Counted from the stretch's first letter, positions 8,805-17,687 are shown. The stretch is 64,000 bases of DNA from Alphaproteobacteria bacterium (GCA_965248825.1 CBDFKL010000006.1:1025893-1089892), one strand, 5' to 3'. The notes: generated by a model not told the origin, from the sequence alone. Translations and numbers: made by a program.

Positions 8805-9899
8805 ATGTCCGCAGAACGCAGGCCCACCCCGGCGCAACTGGCGAGCGTCATCGAGACGCCGCCGGGCGATCCGACCGAGGCGCCCGATGCCATGGCCATT
8901 CTCTATGGTTGCGAAGAGCCGCCGCCCTTCCCCGAGCGCAATGTCTTCCCGATCGAGTGGCGCACCGAGACGCCGAAGCTGTGGGATCTCTACAACAAGT
9001 CCCGCGATCCCGGCTGGGCGCCGAACAAGCTGCCCTGGGAAACGCTGAAGCCCGAAGACTTCACCCTCGATCAGCGCTATGCGCTGGCCTATTGGTTCGC
9101 CCTGCTATCGGTCTTCGACAGTTCCGGCCCGGCGGTTTTTGCCCGCGCCATGATCCACACCTACGAGACCCATGCCGAAGATCCGCTGCGGAAATGCTTT
9201 TTCTCGATCACCCGCGACGAGGTCAACCATGAGGAGGTCTGTCAGCTCGCCATCCAGACGCTGACGCCGGGCGGCCCGCTCGACTACGAGCCGGAGACCG
9301 CCCTCGGCCGGCTCGCCCGCAACAACATCAAGTGGTATTTCCACAATGGCTGCCGCTACTGGGAAGGCTTCAAGAACGGCGTCCACAAGTTCCCGCTGCC
9401 GATCCTGTTTTCCGCCTTTCTGATGGGCGAGGTCGCCTCCTCGACCCTGTTTCACGCCATGTACCGGCGCACGACCATCCCGGCCTTCAAGGAGGCGTTC
9501 CGCCGGGTCGGCCAGGACGAGGCGCGCCATATGGGTATCTGCATGACCGTGCTGGAGAAGATCCTGCCCGAGGCCACCGATGAGCAACGGGCGCAGATCA
9601 CCAAGCAGATCCGTGCGGGCTATGTGTTCCTGTCCGGTATTCTCTATGAACCGCCCGACGAGTTCTGGGAGCTGCCGGAGACCTTCCGCCCCGCCCATCA
9701 GCTCCTCGAAGAGACCGCCCGCGATGCCGGGCTCGGGATTCTCGACCTCGCGGAGCGGCGCGACAACTGGCGGACCGCGGTGCTCAAGCTCAAGGGCGTC
9801 CTCGAACCCCACGGCGTCGAATTCCCAAGCATTCCGGAGATCGGCGTCGACGGGAAGACTGTCAGCTTCGACCCGGAAGATATCATCCCGGTCTTTTGA
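8805..9899 (+). CDS. Uncharacterised ferritin-like diiron-carboxylate protein (two DExxH motifs); putative oxygenase/hydroxylase
   Basis: 364 aa with ...SITRDEVNHEEVCQL... and ...RVGQDEARHMGICM... about 100 aa apart, the (D/E)ExxH pairs typical of diiron four-helix-bundle oxygenases such as PaaA, R2, sMMO and desaturases. GAGGAG ribosome-binding site 6 nt before the ATG. Either this start or the alternative ATG at 8790 overlapping the paaK stop implies translational coupling. No recognisable similarity to PaaA, PaaC or BoxB beyond the metal motifs. Confidence 0.7.
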   Translation: MSAERRPTPAQLASVIETPPGDPTEAPDAMAILYGCEEPPPFPERNVFPIEWRTETPKLWDLYNKSRDPGWAPNKLPWETLKPEDFTLDQRYALAYWFALLSVFDSSGPAVFARAMIHTYETHAEDPLRKCFFSITRDEVNHEEVCQLAIQTLTPGGPLDYEPETALGRLARNNIKWYFHNGCRYWEGFKNGVHKFPLPILFSAFLMGEVASSTLFHAMYRRTTIPAFKEAFRRVGQDEARHMGICMTVLEKILPEATDEQRAQITKQIRAGYVFLSGILYEPPDEFWELPETFRPAHQLLEETARDAGLGILDLAERRDNWRTAVLKLKGVLEPHGVEFPSIPEIGVDGKTVSFDPEDIIPVF

Positions 9900-9987
9900 A
9901 CCCCGCGAACCGGCCGGAGCCTCTACGGCGGTTTTCGCTCTCGGAAGATGACGCCGGCTCCACCGCCGACTATGCTTCCGCCCCGCC

Positions 9988-10935
9988 ATGACCGCGCGCC
10001 CTCTGATCATCGATTGCGACCCCGGCCAGGACGATGCCATAGCCCTCTTGCTGGCGATGGCCTCGCCCGAGACGTTGGAGCTCGTGGGCATCAGCGCCGT
10101 CGCGGGCAATGTGCCGCTCGGTCGGACCGAGAGCAATGCGCGCCGGATCAGGGATCTCGCCGGCCGGCCCGATGTGCCGGTCTATGCCGGCTGCTCGCGG
10201 CCGATGGTCCGAACCCTGGAGACCGCCGAATACATCCATGGCGATACCGGGATCGACGGCGCGGACCTGCCGGAGCCGAGCCGGCCTGCCGAGCCGATCC
10301 ACGGTGTGGACTTCCTGGTCGACACCCTGCTCGCTGCGCCCGTGCCGGTGACGCTCGCGACCCTCGGGCCGCTGACCAATGTCGGGCTCGCGATCGTCAA
10401 GCGCCCCGAGATTCTCGAGAACGTCCGCGAGATCGTCGCCATGGGCGGGGCGATCGGGCTCGGCAATATCACGCCGGCAGCCGAGTTCAACGTCTATGCC
10501 GATCCCCATGCGGCGCATGTGGTGTTCGAGGCGGGTGTGCCGCTCACCATGATCGGGCTCGACGTGACCCATCAGGCGATCGCGACGCCTGCCCGCATCG
10601 AGGCGATTCGAGCGCTCGACACGGCGCCCGCCGCCTCGGTATGTGGCATGCTCGACGTCTATGGTGCGAAGAATGTTGCCGCCTACGACCACGGCGCGCC
10701 GCTGCACGACCCGTGCGTGATCGCCTACCTGCTGGCACCCCGCCTCTTCGAGGGCCGGGACATGCGGGTCGATATCGAGCTCAATGAGGGCCACTCCTTC
10801 GGTCGCACCGTCTGCGACCGCCACGGCCGGCAGGGCCTGGCCGCGAACGCCCGCGTTCTCGAGAAAATCGATGCCGACGGCTTTTTCGCCTTGCTGACCG
10901 AGCGTTTGGCACGGCTGCCGGCCAACCCCACATAA
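9988..10935 (+). CDS. Inosine-uridine preferring nucleoside hydrolase (IUNH/Rih family)
   Basis: N-terminal IIDCDPGQDDAIAL (DxDxxxDD Ca-binding motif), central His, about 315 aa. Confidence 0.85.
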   Translation: MTARPLIIDCDPGQDDAIALLLAMASPETLELVGISAVAGNVPLGRTESNARRIRDLAGRPDVPVYAGCSRPMVRTLETAEYIHGDTGIDGADLPEPSRPAEPIHGVDFLVDTLLAAPVPVTLATLGPLTNVGLAIVKRPEILENVREIVAMGGAIGLGNITPAAEFNVYADPHAAHVVFEAGVPLTMIGLDVTHQAIATPARIEAIRALDTAPAASVCGMLDVYGAKNVAAYDHGAPLHDPCVIAYLLAPRLFEGRDMRVDIELNEGHSFGRTVCDRHGRQGLAANARVLEKIDADGFFALLTERLARLPANPT

Positions 10936-10942
10936 GAACCGG

Positions 10943-10961
10943 TGCCGCTTACCAAGCGGCA
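10943..10961 (+). terminator. Stem-loop (8-bp perfect stem TGCCGCTT/AAGCGGCA) directly after the nucleoside hydrolase stop; possible intrinsic terminator or processing site
   Basis: Inverted repeat read directly from the sequence. No U-tract follows, so terminator function is uncertain. Confidence 0.25.
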
Positions 10962-10999
10962 TGAGTCGGACTACCATAGCCGGCCTCTTGGAGTAGAGC

Positions 11000-11710
11000 A
11001 TGAGCCGCGAGCGAAAGCTGCCGACTCGCGATAGCGACGGCAGCGCCGACATCGACGCCTTCCTGCGGCGGGTCGCGGCGATCCCGGCGCCGGTGGCGCA
11101 CGGCCAGACCGGGCGCCTCGTTTTCGCGATGGACGCGACGGCGAGTCGAGAGCCGACCTGGGATCGCGCCTGCCAGATCCAGGGCGAGATGTTCGACGCG
11201 ACGGCCTCGCTCGGGGGCCTCGCGGTGCAGCTCGTCTACTATCGCGGTTTCGGGGAGTGCCGGGCGAGCGGCTGGGCGCGGGATTCGCGCTCCCTGGTGC
11301 GCTATATGACCGGCGTCTTTTGCCTCGGCGGCCACACCCAAATCCGCAAGGTGCTGCGCCACACGATCAAGGAAACCAGGCGCAAACGAGTCCACGCGCT
11401 GGTCTTCGTCGGCGACAGCATGGAGGAGAACGTAGACGATCTATGCGCGCTCGCCGGCGAGCTCGGCCTGCTCGGCGTCCCCGCCTTCATGTTCCATGAG
11501 GGGCCCGACCCGGCGGCGAGCCTGGCGTTTCGCCAGATTGCCCGGCTGACCAACGGCGCCTATCTGCGCTTCGACGCCTCGAGCGCGCGCCAGCTCAAGG
11601 AGCTGCTCGGCGCTGTCGCCGTCTACGCCGCCGGCGGGCGCAAGGCGCTTCAGCATTATGGCGAGCAGCGCGGCGAGGCGGTTCTGCAGATCGCGCATCA
11701 GATCAAGTGA
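11000..11710 (+). CDS. von Willebrand factor A (VWA) domain protein, about 236 aa
   Basis: MIDAS-like residues (LVFAMDATASREPTWD ... ALVFVGDSMEEN). Size and fold are consistent with small cytosolic VWA proteins conserved in alphaproteobacteria. Confidence 0.65.
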   Translation: MSRERKLPTRDSDGSADIDAFLRRVAAIPAPVAHGQTGRLVFAMDATASREPTWDRACQIQGEMFDATASLGGLAVQLVYYRGFGECRASGWARDSRSLVRYMTGVFCLGGHTQIRKVLRHTIKETRRKRVHALVFVGDSMEENVDDLCALAGELGLLGVPAFMFHEGPDPAASLAFRQIARLTNGAYLRFDASSARQLKELLGAVAVYAAGGRKALQHYGEQRGEAVLQIAHQIK

Positions 11711-11760
11711 GCGCGTTGCGCCTGCTTGCCCGCCTGCCGACCCGTTAGATCGCCGCCTCG

Positions 11761-12510
11761 ATGGTCGCCTACGTCCTTCTCGGAATTGCGCTCCTGGTGC
11801 TGGTCGTGGTGCTCAGCCGCTGGTTCGCCTCGGCCAATCCGTCGAGCCTCGCGAAGTGGCTCAAATGGGGTTTCATTGCGGCCGGGGGGACGGCGACGAT
11901 CTTTCTCGGCGTCACCGGCAAGGCGCAGCTCGCCTTCATCCCGCTCGCGCTGACCGGACTGCCGTGGCTCATGAGCCGAATGGCGGCGGGCCGGGGCAAC
12001 CCGCACCCAACCCAGGGCGGGCGCTCGGACGTCGAGACCCCCCATCTCCGCATGACCCTCGACCATGACAGCGGCGAGATGGACGGCGTCGTCCTGCAGG
12101 GGCGCTACGCCGGGCGCCGGCTCGAAGATCTGTCGGAGCCCCAGCTCCTGGACCTGCTCGACGAGTGCGCCGCCGATGACGAGCAGAGCCGGCGGTTGCT
12201 CGAGACCTATCTCGACCGGACCCTCGGCGCCGACTGGCGCGCGCGTACCGGCGAGCGTTCCCAGCGGCAAGCCGGCTCCTCTTCCGCCGGCGGCGGCGGA
12301 CAAAGGGGCTGGGGGCGCAAGCCCGCCGGGCGCGCACCGATGAGCCGCGACGAGGCCTACGAGATCCTCGGCCTCGAGCCCGGTGCCGGCGAGGACGAGA
12401 TCAAGGAGGCGCACCGGACCCTCATGCTCAAGCTGCACCCCGACCATGGCGGTTCGAACTACCTCGCCGCCAAAATCAACCAGGCCAAGGAATTGCTGCT
12501 CGGTCGCTGA
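11761..12510 (+). CDS. Membrane-anchored J-domain protein (DjlA-like co-chaperone): two N-terminal TM helices, Gly/Arg-rich linker, C-terminal DnaJ domain
   Basis: Hydrophobic segments ([17 protein letters not shown]; [32 protein letters not shown]). C-terminal J domain [49 protein letters not shown] with the HPD motif. Stop TGA is 2 nt before the galU ATG. Confidence 0.75.
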   Translation: MVAYVLLGIALLVLVVVLSRWFASANPSSLAKWLKWGFIAAGGTATIFLGVTGKAQLAFIPLALTGLPWLMSRMAAGRGNPHPTQGGRSDVETPHLRMTLDHDSGEMDGVVLQGRYAGRRLEDLSEPQLLDLLDECAADDEQSRRLLETYLDRTLGADWRARTGERSQRQAGSSSAGGGGQRGWGRKPAGRAPMSRDEAYEILGLEPGAGEDEIKEAHRTLMLKLHPDHGGSNYLAAKINQAKELLLGR

Positions 12511-12512
12511 CC

Positions 12513-13400
12513 ATGGCAAGGACGATGAAACCCGTGAGGAAAGCCGTGTTCCCGGTCGCCGGCATGGGCACGCGATTCCTCCCCGCGAGCAAAGCGGTCC
12601 CCAAGGAAATGCTGCCGGTGGTCGACAAGCCGCTCATCCAATATGCGGTCGAGGAGGCGCGGGCGGCCGGGATCGAGCAGTTCATCTTCGTCACCGGCCG
12701 AGGCAAGGCGGCAATCGAGGACCATTTCGATCGCCACGAAGAACTGCGTGCCCTCCTCGCCGCGCGCGGCGAGACGGCCGCGGCGGCGCTGTTGGAGGGC
12801 TCGACCCTGGCGCCCGGCGCCGCGTCGTTCACGCGCCAGCAGACGCCGATGGGCCTCGGCCATGCCGTCCTCTGTGCGCGCGACCTCGTCGGCGATGAGC
12901 CGTTCGCGGTGCTGCTGCCGGACGAGCTGCTGCTCGCCGAGCCGCCCTGCCTGACCGAGCTCGTGGATGCCTATGGCCGAACCGGAGGCAATGTCATCTC
13001 GCTCACCGCTGTACCGGCGAGCGAGACCAGTCGCTACGGGATCGTCGAGCTGTCGGCGCAGGAGGGGCGGTGTGTGACGATCTCGGACATGGTGGAGAAA
13101 CCCGCGCCCGCCGACGCGCCCTCTCGTCTCGCGATCACCGGCCGCTACATCCTGCAACCCGAGGTGTTCGGACGGCTCGAGGCGCAAGCCCCGGGGCGGG
13201 GCGCCGAAATACAATTGACCGACGCCATGGCCGCGATGGCGCGGGAGGGACGAGTCCACGGTCTCCTCTATACCGGCCGGCGCTTCGATTGCGGCAGCAA
13301 GATCGGATTCCTCCAAGCCAATATCGCCTATGCCATGGAACGGTCGGAATTGAGGCAGGACTTGCTCGCTTTCTTGCAAGAGACTATGCCCTCGTCATAG
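12513..13400 (+). CDS. galU: UTP--glucose-1-phosphate uridylyltransferase
   Basis: AVFPVAGMGTRFLPASKAVPKEMLPVVDKPLIQYAVEEA, the canonical GalU N-terminus, 295 aa. Confidence 0.9.
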   Translation: MARTMKPVRKAVFPVAGMGTRFLPASKAVPKEMLPVVDKPLIQYAVEEARAAGIEQFIFVTGRGKAAIEDHFDRHEELRALLAARGETAAAALLEGSTLAPGAASFTRQQTPMGLGHAVLCARDLVGDEPFAVLLPDELLLAEPPCLTELVDAYGRTGGNVISLTAVPASETSRYGIVELSAQEGRCVTISDMVEKPAPADAPSRLAITGRYILQPEVFGRLEAQAPGRGAEIQLTDAMAAMAREGRVHGLLYTGRRFDCGSKIGFLQANIAYAMERSELRQDLLAFLQETMPSS

Positions 13401-13443
13401 ACCGGCTCCCTCTTGAAGGGGCCGTTTGTCAAGGAGCACCTTC

Positions 13444-14799
13444 ATGCGCGTCGCGATGATTGGCGCCGGCTATGTCGGTCTGGTGTCGGCCGCATGCTTC
13501 TCGGAGTTCGGTTTCACCGTGAGCTGCGTCGATGCGGCGCCGGAGCGGATCGCGGCCTTGCGGGCCGGGCGGATCCCGATCTACGAGCCGGGCCTGGATG
13601 CGCTGGTTGCCAGCAATGTGACGGCCGGGCGTCTCTCCTTCGCGACCGAAATCGCCGAGGCGGTGCCGTCGGCCGATGTGGTGATGCTGGCGGTCGGCAC
13701 GCCGAGCCGGCGCGGCGACGCTCATGCCGACCTTTCCTTTGTTCACGAAGCCGCCCGCCAGGTTGCCGATACGCTCGACGGCTACACCGTGGTCGCGACC
13801 AAATCGACGGTGCCCGTCGGCACCGGCCGCGAGATCGCCCGGATCATCCGAGAGCGGCGGCCCGATGCCGCGTTCGACCTCGTCTCGAACCCGGAGTTCC
13901 TCCGCGAAGGCTCGGCGATCGGCGATTTCATGCGCCCGGACCGGATCGTCGTCGGGGTCGAATCGGCGCGGGCGCAGGCCGTCATGCAGGCACTCTACAG
14001 GCCGCTTTTCCTGATCGAGACGCCGGTGCTGTTCACCACGCTCGAGACGGCGGAGCTCACCAAATACGCCTCCAACTGCTTTCTCGCGACCAAGATCACG
14101 TTCATCAACGAAATCGCGGATATCTGCGAGCAAGTCGGTGCCGACGTCCAGGACATCGCGAAGGGGATCGGCCTCGATGGCCGCATCGGGCGGCACTTTC
14201 TGCATGCGGGGCCGGGTTTCGGCGGTTCCTGCTTTCCGAAGGATGCCGCGGCCTTTGTCCGTATCGCCGAGGACGCCGGCACGCCGAGCCGGATCGTTGA
14301 AACCGTCCTGCGGAGCAATGCCGAGCGCAAGGCCAAGATGGCCGACAAGATCGTGTACGCCTGCGGCGGTACGGTCGCGGGCAAGACCATCGCGGCGCTC
14401 GGTGTCACCTTCAAGCCAAACACCGACGATGTGCGGGAAAGCCCGAGCCTCGTGATCCTGCCCGGCCTGACGGAGCGGGGCGCGACCGTGCGCGCATTCG
14501 ATCCGGCGGGCATGGACGAGGCGCGGAGCAAGCTCGACGGCGTCATCTGGTGCCGCGACGCCTACGATGCGATGACAGGCGCCGATGCGCTGGTCATCCT
14601 CACGGAATGGAACGAGTTCAGGGCGCTCGATCTGAGCCGCGTCAAAGACCTCGTGAAAACGCCGCTGATCGTCGATCTCCGCAATATCTACGCGCCGCAC
14701 GAAGTGGTCGAAGCCGGCTTTTGCTATGTGAGCGTCGGGCGGCCGACGGCGCGGCCGTCGGCGGGCGCCAGCCATCTGCGCACCGCCAGCTCGGCATGA
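13444..14799 (+). CDS. ugd: UDP-glucose 6-dehydrogenase
   Basis: MRVAMIGAGYVGLVSAACF Rossmann N-terminus, catalytic GFGGSCFPKD. AAGGAG ribosome-binding site upstream. Stop overlaps the next start (ATGA). Confidence 0.9.
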   Translation: MRVAMIGAGYVGLVSAACFSEFGFTVSCVDAAPERIAALRAGRIPIYEPGLDALVASNVTAGRLSFATEIAEAVPSADVVMLAVGTPSRRGDAHADLSFVHEAARQVADTLDGYTVVATKSTVPVGTGREIARIIRERRPDAAFDLVSNPEFLREGSAIGDFMRPDRIVVGVESARAQAVMQALYRPLFLIETPVLFTTLETAELTKYASNCFLATKITFINEIADICEQVGADVQDIAKGIGLDGRIGRHFLHAGPGFGGSCFPKDAAAFVRIAEDAGTPSRIVETVLRSNAERKAKMADKIVYACGGTVAGKTIAALGVTFKPNTDDVRESPSLVILPGLTERGATVRAFDPAGMDEARSKLDGVIWCRDAYDAMTGADALVILTEWNEFRALDLSRVKDLVKTPLIVDLRNIYAPHEVVEAGFCYVSVGRPTARPSAGASHLRTASSA

Positions 14800-16190
14800 G
14801 CGTTGGCCGCGTGCTCGACTCGACGATCCTCGGCGAATACGACATCAGGGGGATCGTCGGTGAGACTCTCTCCGAAGCCGACATGGGCGCGATCGGCAGA
14901 GGCTTCGCCACCATCGCACGGCAGAGGGCGCCGGCCGGCCGCCGGCCGCCGATCTGTGTCGGTCGCGACGGCCGGCTGACCTCTGCGGCCCTCGAGGCAC
15001 GCCTGGTCGAAGGCCTGTGCGCCGGCGGCGCGGAGGTGATCCGGATCGGGGTCGGCCCGACGCCGATGCTTTACTTCGCCGTCCATGAGCGGCGGAGCGA
15101 CGGCGGGATGATGGTCACGGGCTCGCACAATCCGCCGCAATATAACGGCGTCAAGATGATGCTCGGCGGACGGCCGTTCTATGGCGCGGACATCGTCGAG
15201 CTGGCACGGATCGTCGCCGCCGGGGCGCTCGCGGAAGGCGCAGGCCCCGCGACGGAGGTCGACCTCGCCGCCGACTATGTCGCGCGCCTGCTGTGCGAGG
15301 CCGGCGAGGGCGACCTCAAGGTGGCATGGGATGCCGGCAACGGCGCCGCCGGCGCGGTGCTCGAAGCGCTCGCCGACGGCCTTCCGGGGCGCCACCTGCT
15401 GCTGAATGCTGCGATAGACGGGACCTTTCCCGCCCATCATCCGGACCCGACGGTGCCCGACAACCTGGTCCAGTTGATCGATACGGTGCGGGCCGAGGGC
15501 TGCGACCTCGGGATCGCCTTCGATGGCGACGGCGATCGCATCGGGGTCGTGGACCAGGATGGAGAGATCCTCTGGGGCGATCAGATCCTGGCCCTGTTGG
15601 CCCGCGAGGTACTGCGCGACCGGCCAGGCGCGACAATTATCGCCGACGTCAAGGCAAGCCAGGTTCTATTCGACGAGATCGCGCGCCTGGGCGGCAAGCC
15701 GCTGATGTGGATCACCGGCCACTCGGTGATCAAGGCGAAGATGGCCGAGCTCGGCGCGCCGCTCGCCGGCGAGATGAGCGGTCATATTTTCTTCGCCGAC
15801 CGCTATTACGGCTTCGACGATGCGCTCTATGCCGGCGTTCGCCTGCTGCGGCTGATCGAAAGCGAGGGGCGCTCACTTGCCGCCCTGAGGGCCGAACTCC
15901 CGCGCCGGGTCAGCACGCCCGAGATCCGCTTCGCGTGTCCGAACGAACGCAAGTTCGCGGTTGTCGATGAGGTCCGCGCCCGTCTCGAGGCCGCAGCCGA
16001 GCCGTTCAACGGCATTGACGGGGTCAGGGTCCAGACCGAGGATGGCGGCTGGTGGCTGCTCCGCGCGTCGAACACCCAGCCCGTGCTGGTGGCGCGCTGC
16101 GAGGCAGAGGACGCCGGTGCCCTGGCGCGCCTGAAACGCAGTTTGACGGCGCAGCTTCGGGCGAGCGGCGTGGAGCCGCCCGACTTCTGA
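14796..16190 (+). CDS. Phosphomannomutase/phosphoglucomutase (AlgC/PMM-PGM family)
   Basis: Start ATG overlapping the ugd stop (GCATGA). Motifs TGSHNPPQYNGVKM (active-site Ser loop), FDGDGDRIGVVD (metal-binding), GEMSGHIFF. Confidence 0.85.
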   Translation: MSVGRVLDSTILGEYDIRGIVGETLSEADMGAIGRGFATIARQRAPAGRRPPICVGRDGRLTSAALEARLVEGLCAGGAEVIRIGVGPTPMLYFAVHERRSDGGMMVTGSHNPPQYNGVKMMLGGRPFYGADIVELARIVAAGALAEGAGPATEVDLAADYVARLLCEAGEGDLKVAWDAGNGAAGAVLEALADGLPGRHLLLNAAIDGTFPAHHPDPTVPDNLVQLIDTVRAEGCDLGIAFDGDGDRIGVVDQDGEILWGDQILALLAREVLRDRPGATIIADVKASQVLFDEIARLGGKPLMWITGHSVIKAKMAELGAPLAGEMSGHIFFADRYYGFDDALYAGVRLLRLIESEGRSLAALRAELPRRVSTPEIRFACPNERKFAVVDEVRARLEAAAEPFNGIDGVRVQTEDGGWWLLRASNTQPVLVARCEAEDAGALARLKRSLTAQLRASGVEPPDF

Positions 16191-16197
16191 GACCCAG

Positions 16198-16222
16198 CGC
16201 CCGCCATGGCAGGGCCTATTTT
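16198..16222 (+). terminator. Putative intrinsic terminator after pgm (GCCC...GGGC stem followed by CTATTTTCG)
   Basis: Short GC stem plus T-run 8 nt after the TGA stop, at the entrance to an unusually AT-rich 150-nt island. Confidence 0.3.
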
Positions 16223-16346
16223 CGATAAATGTTCTAAATCAAATGCTTCCAACTTCCTTTTTACCTCTTTGTTTCGCTTGACGAGCGAACCCTCTTTGAT
16301 TCATAACAAAGGGTAATCCGATTCGACCCTGCCATCGAGGCGGACG

Positions 16347-17675
16347 TTGCGGACAACGCAGAGAACACATTGCATCCGGTCGGGCCCGGCCATTCTCGGG
16401 CTCGTTCTTTTCCTCTGCATACTTATCGGCGTCCAGACCCTCGCCGCGCAGCAGGCGCACGCGGGATACGCCTCGATCATCGTCGACGCCGAGACCGGCG
16501 AGGTCCTGCGGTCGCGCAACGCCGACACGCGGAACTATCCGGCCTCGCTGACCAAGCTCATGACTCTCTATCTGCTCTTCGAAGCTGTCGAAGAGGGCCG
16601 GCTCGGTCTCGACACGAAGCTCAAGGTCTCGAAACGGGCGGCCCGACAACCGCCGTCACGGCTCGGTCTGCGTGCCGGCTCGACCATCCGCGTGAAGGAG
16701 GCGATCAACGCGTTGGTCGTCAAGTCGGCCAATGACGTCGCCGTGGTGGTCGCCGAGGCCTTGAGCGGCACGGAGAGACGGTTCGGCGCGCTGATGACCC
16801 GCAAGGCCCGCGCCCTCGGCATGTCCCGAACCACCTTTCGCAATGCATCCGGTCTGCCGAACCGGGCGCAACGGAGCACAGCGCGGGACATGGCGCGACT
16901 CGCCCGCGCCCTGATCCACATTTTCCCCCACCGCTATCACTATTTCGGCGACAAGCGCTATCGCTATTCGGGGACGCTGCACCGCACGCATAACCAGCTG
17001 ATCGGCAGTTATCGCGGCGTCGACGGCATGAAGACCGGCTATATCCGAGCCTCCGGCTTCAACCTCGTGGCGTCGGCCAAGCGCAACGGCAGGCGCATCA
17101 TCGCGGTGGTGCTCGGCGGCAAGACGTCGCGCTCGCGAAACGCTCATATGGTCACGCTCCTCGACATGGGCTTCAAGCGGCTTGTCGCACGCCATGCCAA
17201 GCGTGGCCGCACCCTCTTTGCCGAGATTCCGCAACCGGCGTTCAGGAGCGACTCGGCCGCGCCGGGACCGAGGTTCAAGCCCGCCCCGGTCAGGCTCGCC
17301 CAGGCCCCGAACGCGGCCGAGGTGGCCGCGATCCCCAAACCGGTCAAGACCGCTGCGGTCACCGCGGCGGCGGCCACGGCCGAACGCGCCGCCGGCCGCC
17401 CGTGGAGCATCCAGGTGGGCGCCTATGCGTCGGTCACGGCAGCCGAGATCGCCATCCGCCGTGCCACCGTGCGGAGCCGGCTCCTGGACGGTGTGGCATC
17501 CACTCTGGCGCGCCACGAGGCGCGCCAAGGCACCCTCTATCGGGTCCGCTTCATCGGGCTTTACCGGAGCGACGCCAACCAAGCCTGCCGAGCGGTTCGC
17601 ACCGCCACGATGCCATGCGTCGTGATCCACAACCGTGACATAGGCACCGATCTCGGAGCGCGCGCACGCTCCTGA
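16347..17675 (+). CDS. D-alanyl-D-alanine carboxypeptidase (S11, PBP5/6-like) with C-terminal SPOR domain
   Basis: SxxK (PASLTKLMT), SxN (KSANDVA) and KTG motifs. N-terminal signal-like segment. C-terminal about 80 aa (WSIQVGAYASVTAAEIAIRRATV...LYRVRFIGLYRSDANQACRAVR) looks like a SPOR peptidoglycan-binding domain. Confidence 0.8.
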   Translation: MRTTQRTHCIRSGPAILGLVLFLCILIGVQTLAAQQAHAGYASIIVDAETGEVLRSRNADTRNYPASLTKLMTLYLLFEAVEEGRLGLDTKLKVSKRAARQPPSRLGLRAGSTIRVKEAINALVVKSANDVAVVVAEALSGTERRFGALMTRKARALGMSRTTFRNASGLPNRAQRSTARDMARLARALIHIFPHRYHYFGDKRYRYSGTLHRTHNQLIGSYRGVDGMKTGYIRASGFNLVASAKRNGRRIIAVVLGGKTSRSRNAHMVTLLDMGFKRLVARHAKRGRTLFAEIPQPAFRSDSAAPGPRFKPAPVRLAQAPNAAEVAAIPKPVKTAAVTAAAATAERAAGRPWSIQVGAYASVTAAEIAIRRATVRSRLLDGVASTLARHEARQGTLYRVRFIGLYRSDANQACRAVRTATMPCVVIHNRDIGTDLGARARS

Positions 17676-17687
17676 CGCGGGCTCACC

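Noticed and set aside
16300-16346. tRNA-like TΨC-arm motif (GGTAATCCGATTCGACCC) in the AT-rich island
   Set aside because: No complementary acceptor stem, no D-arm or anticodon-arm geometry can be built around it. It is most likely a chance match.
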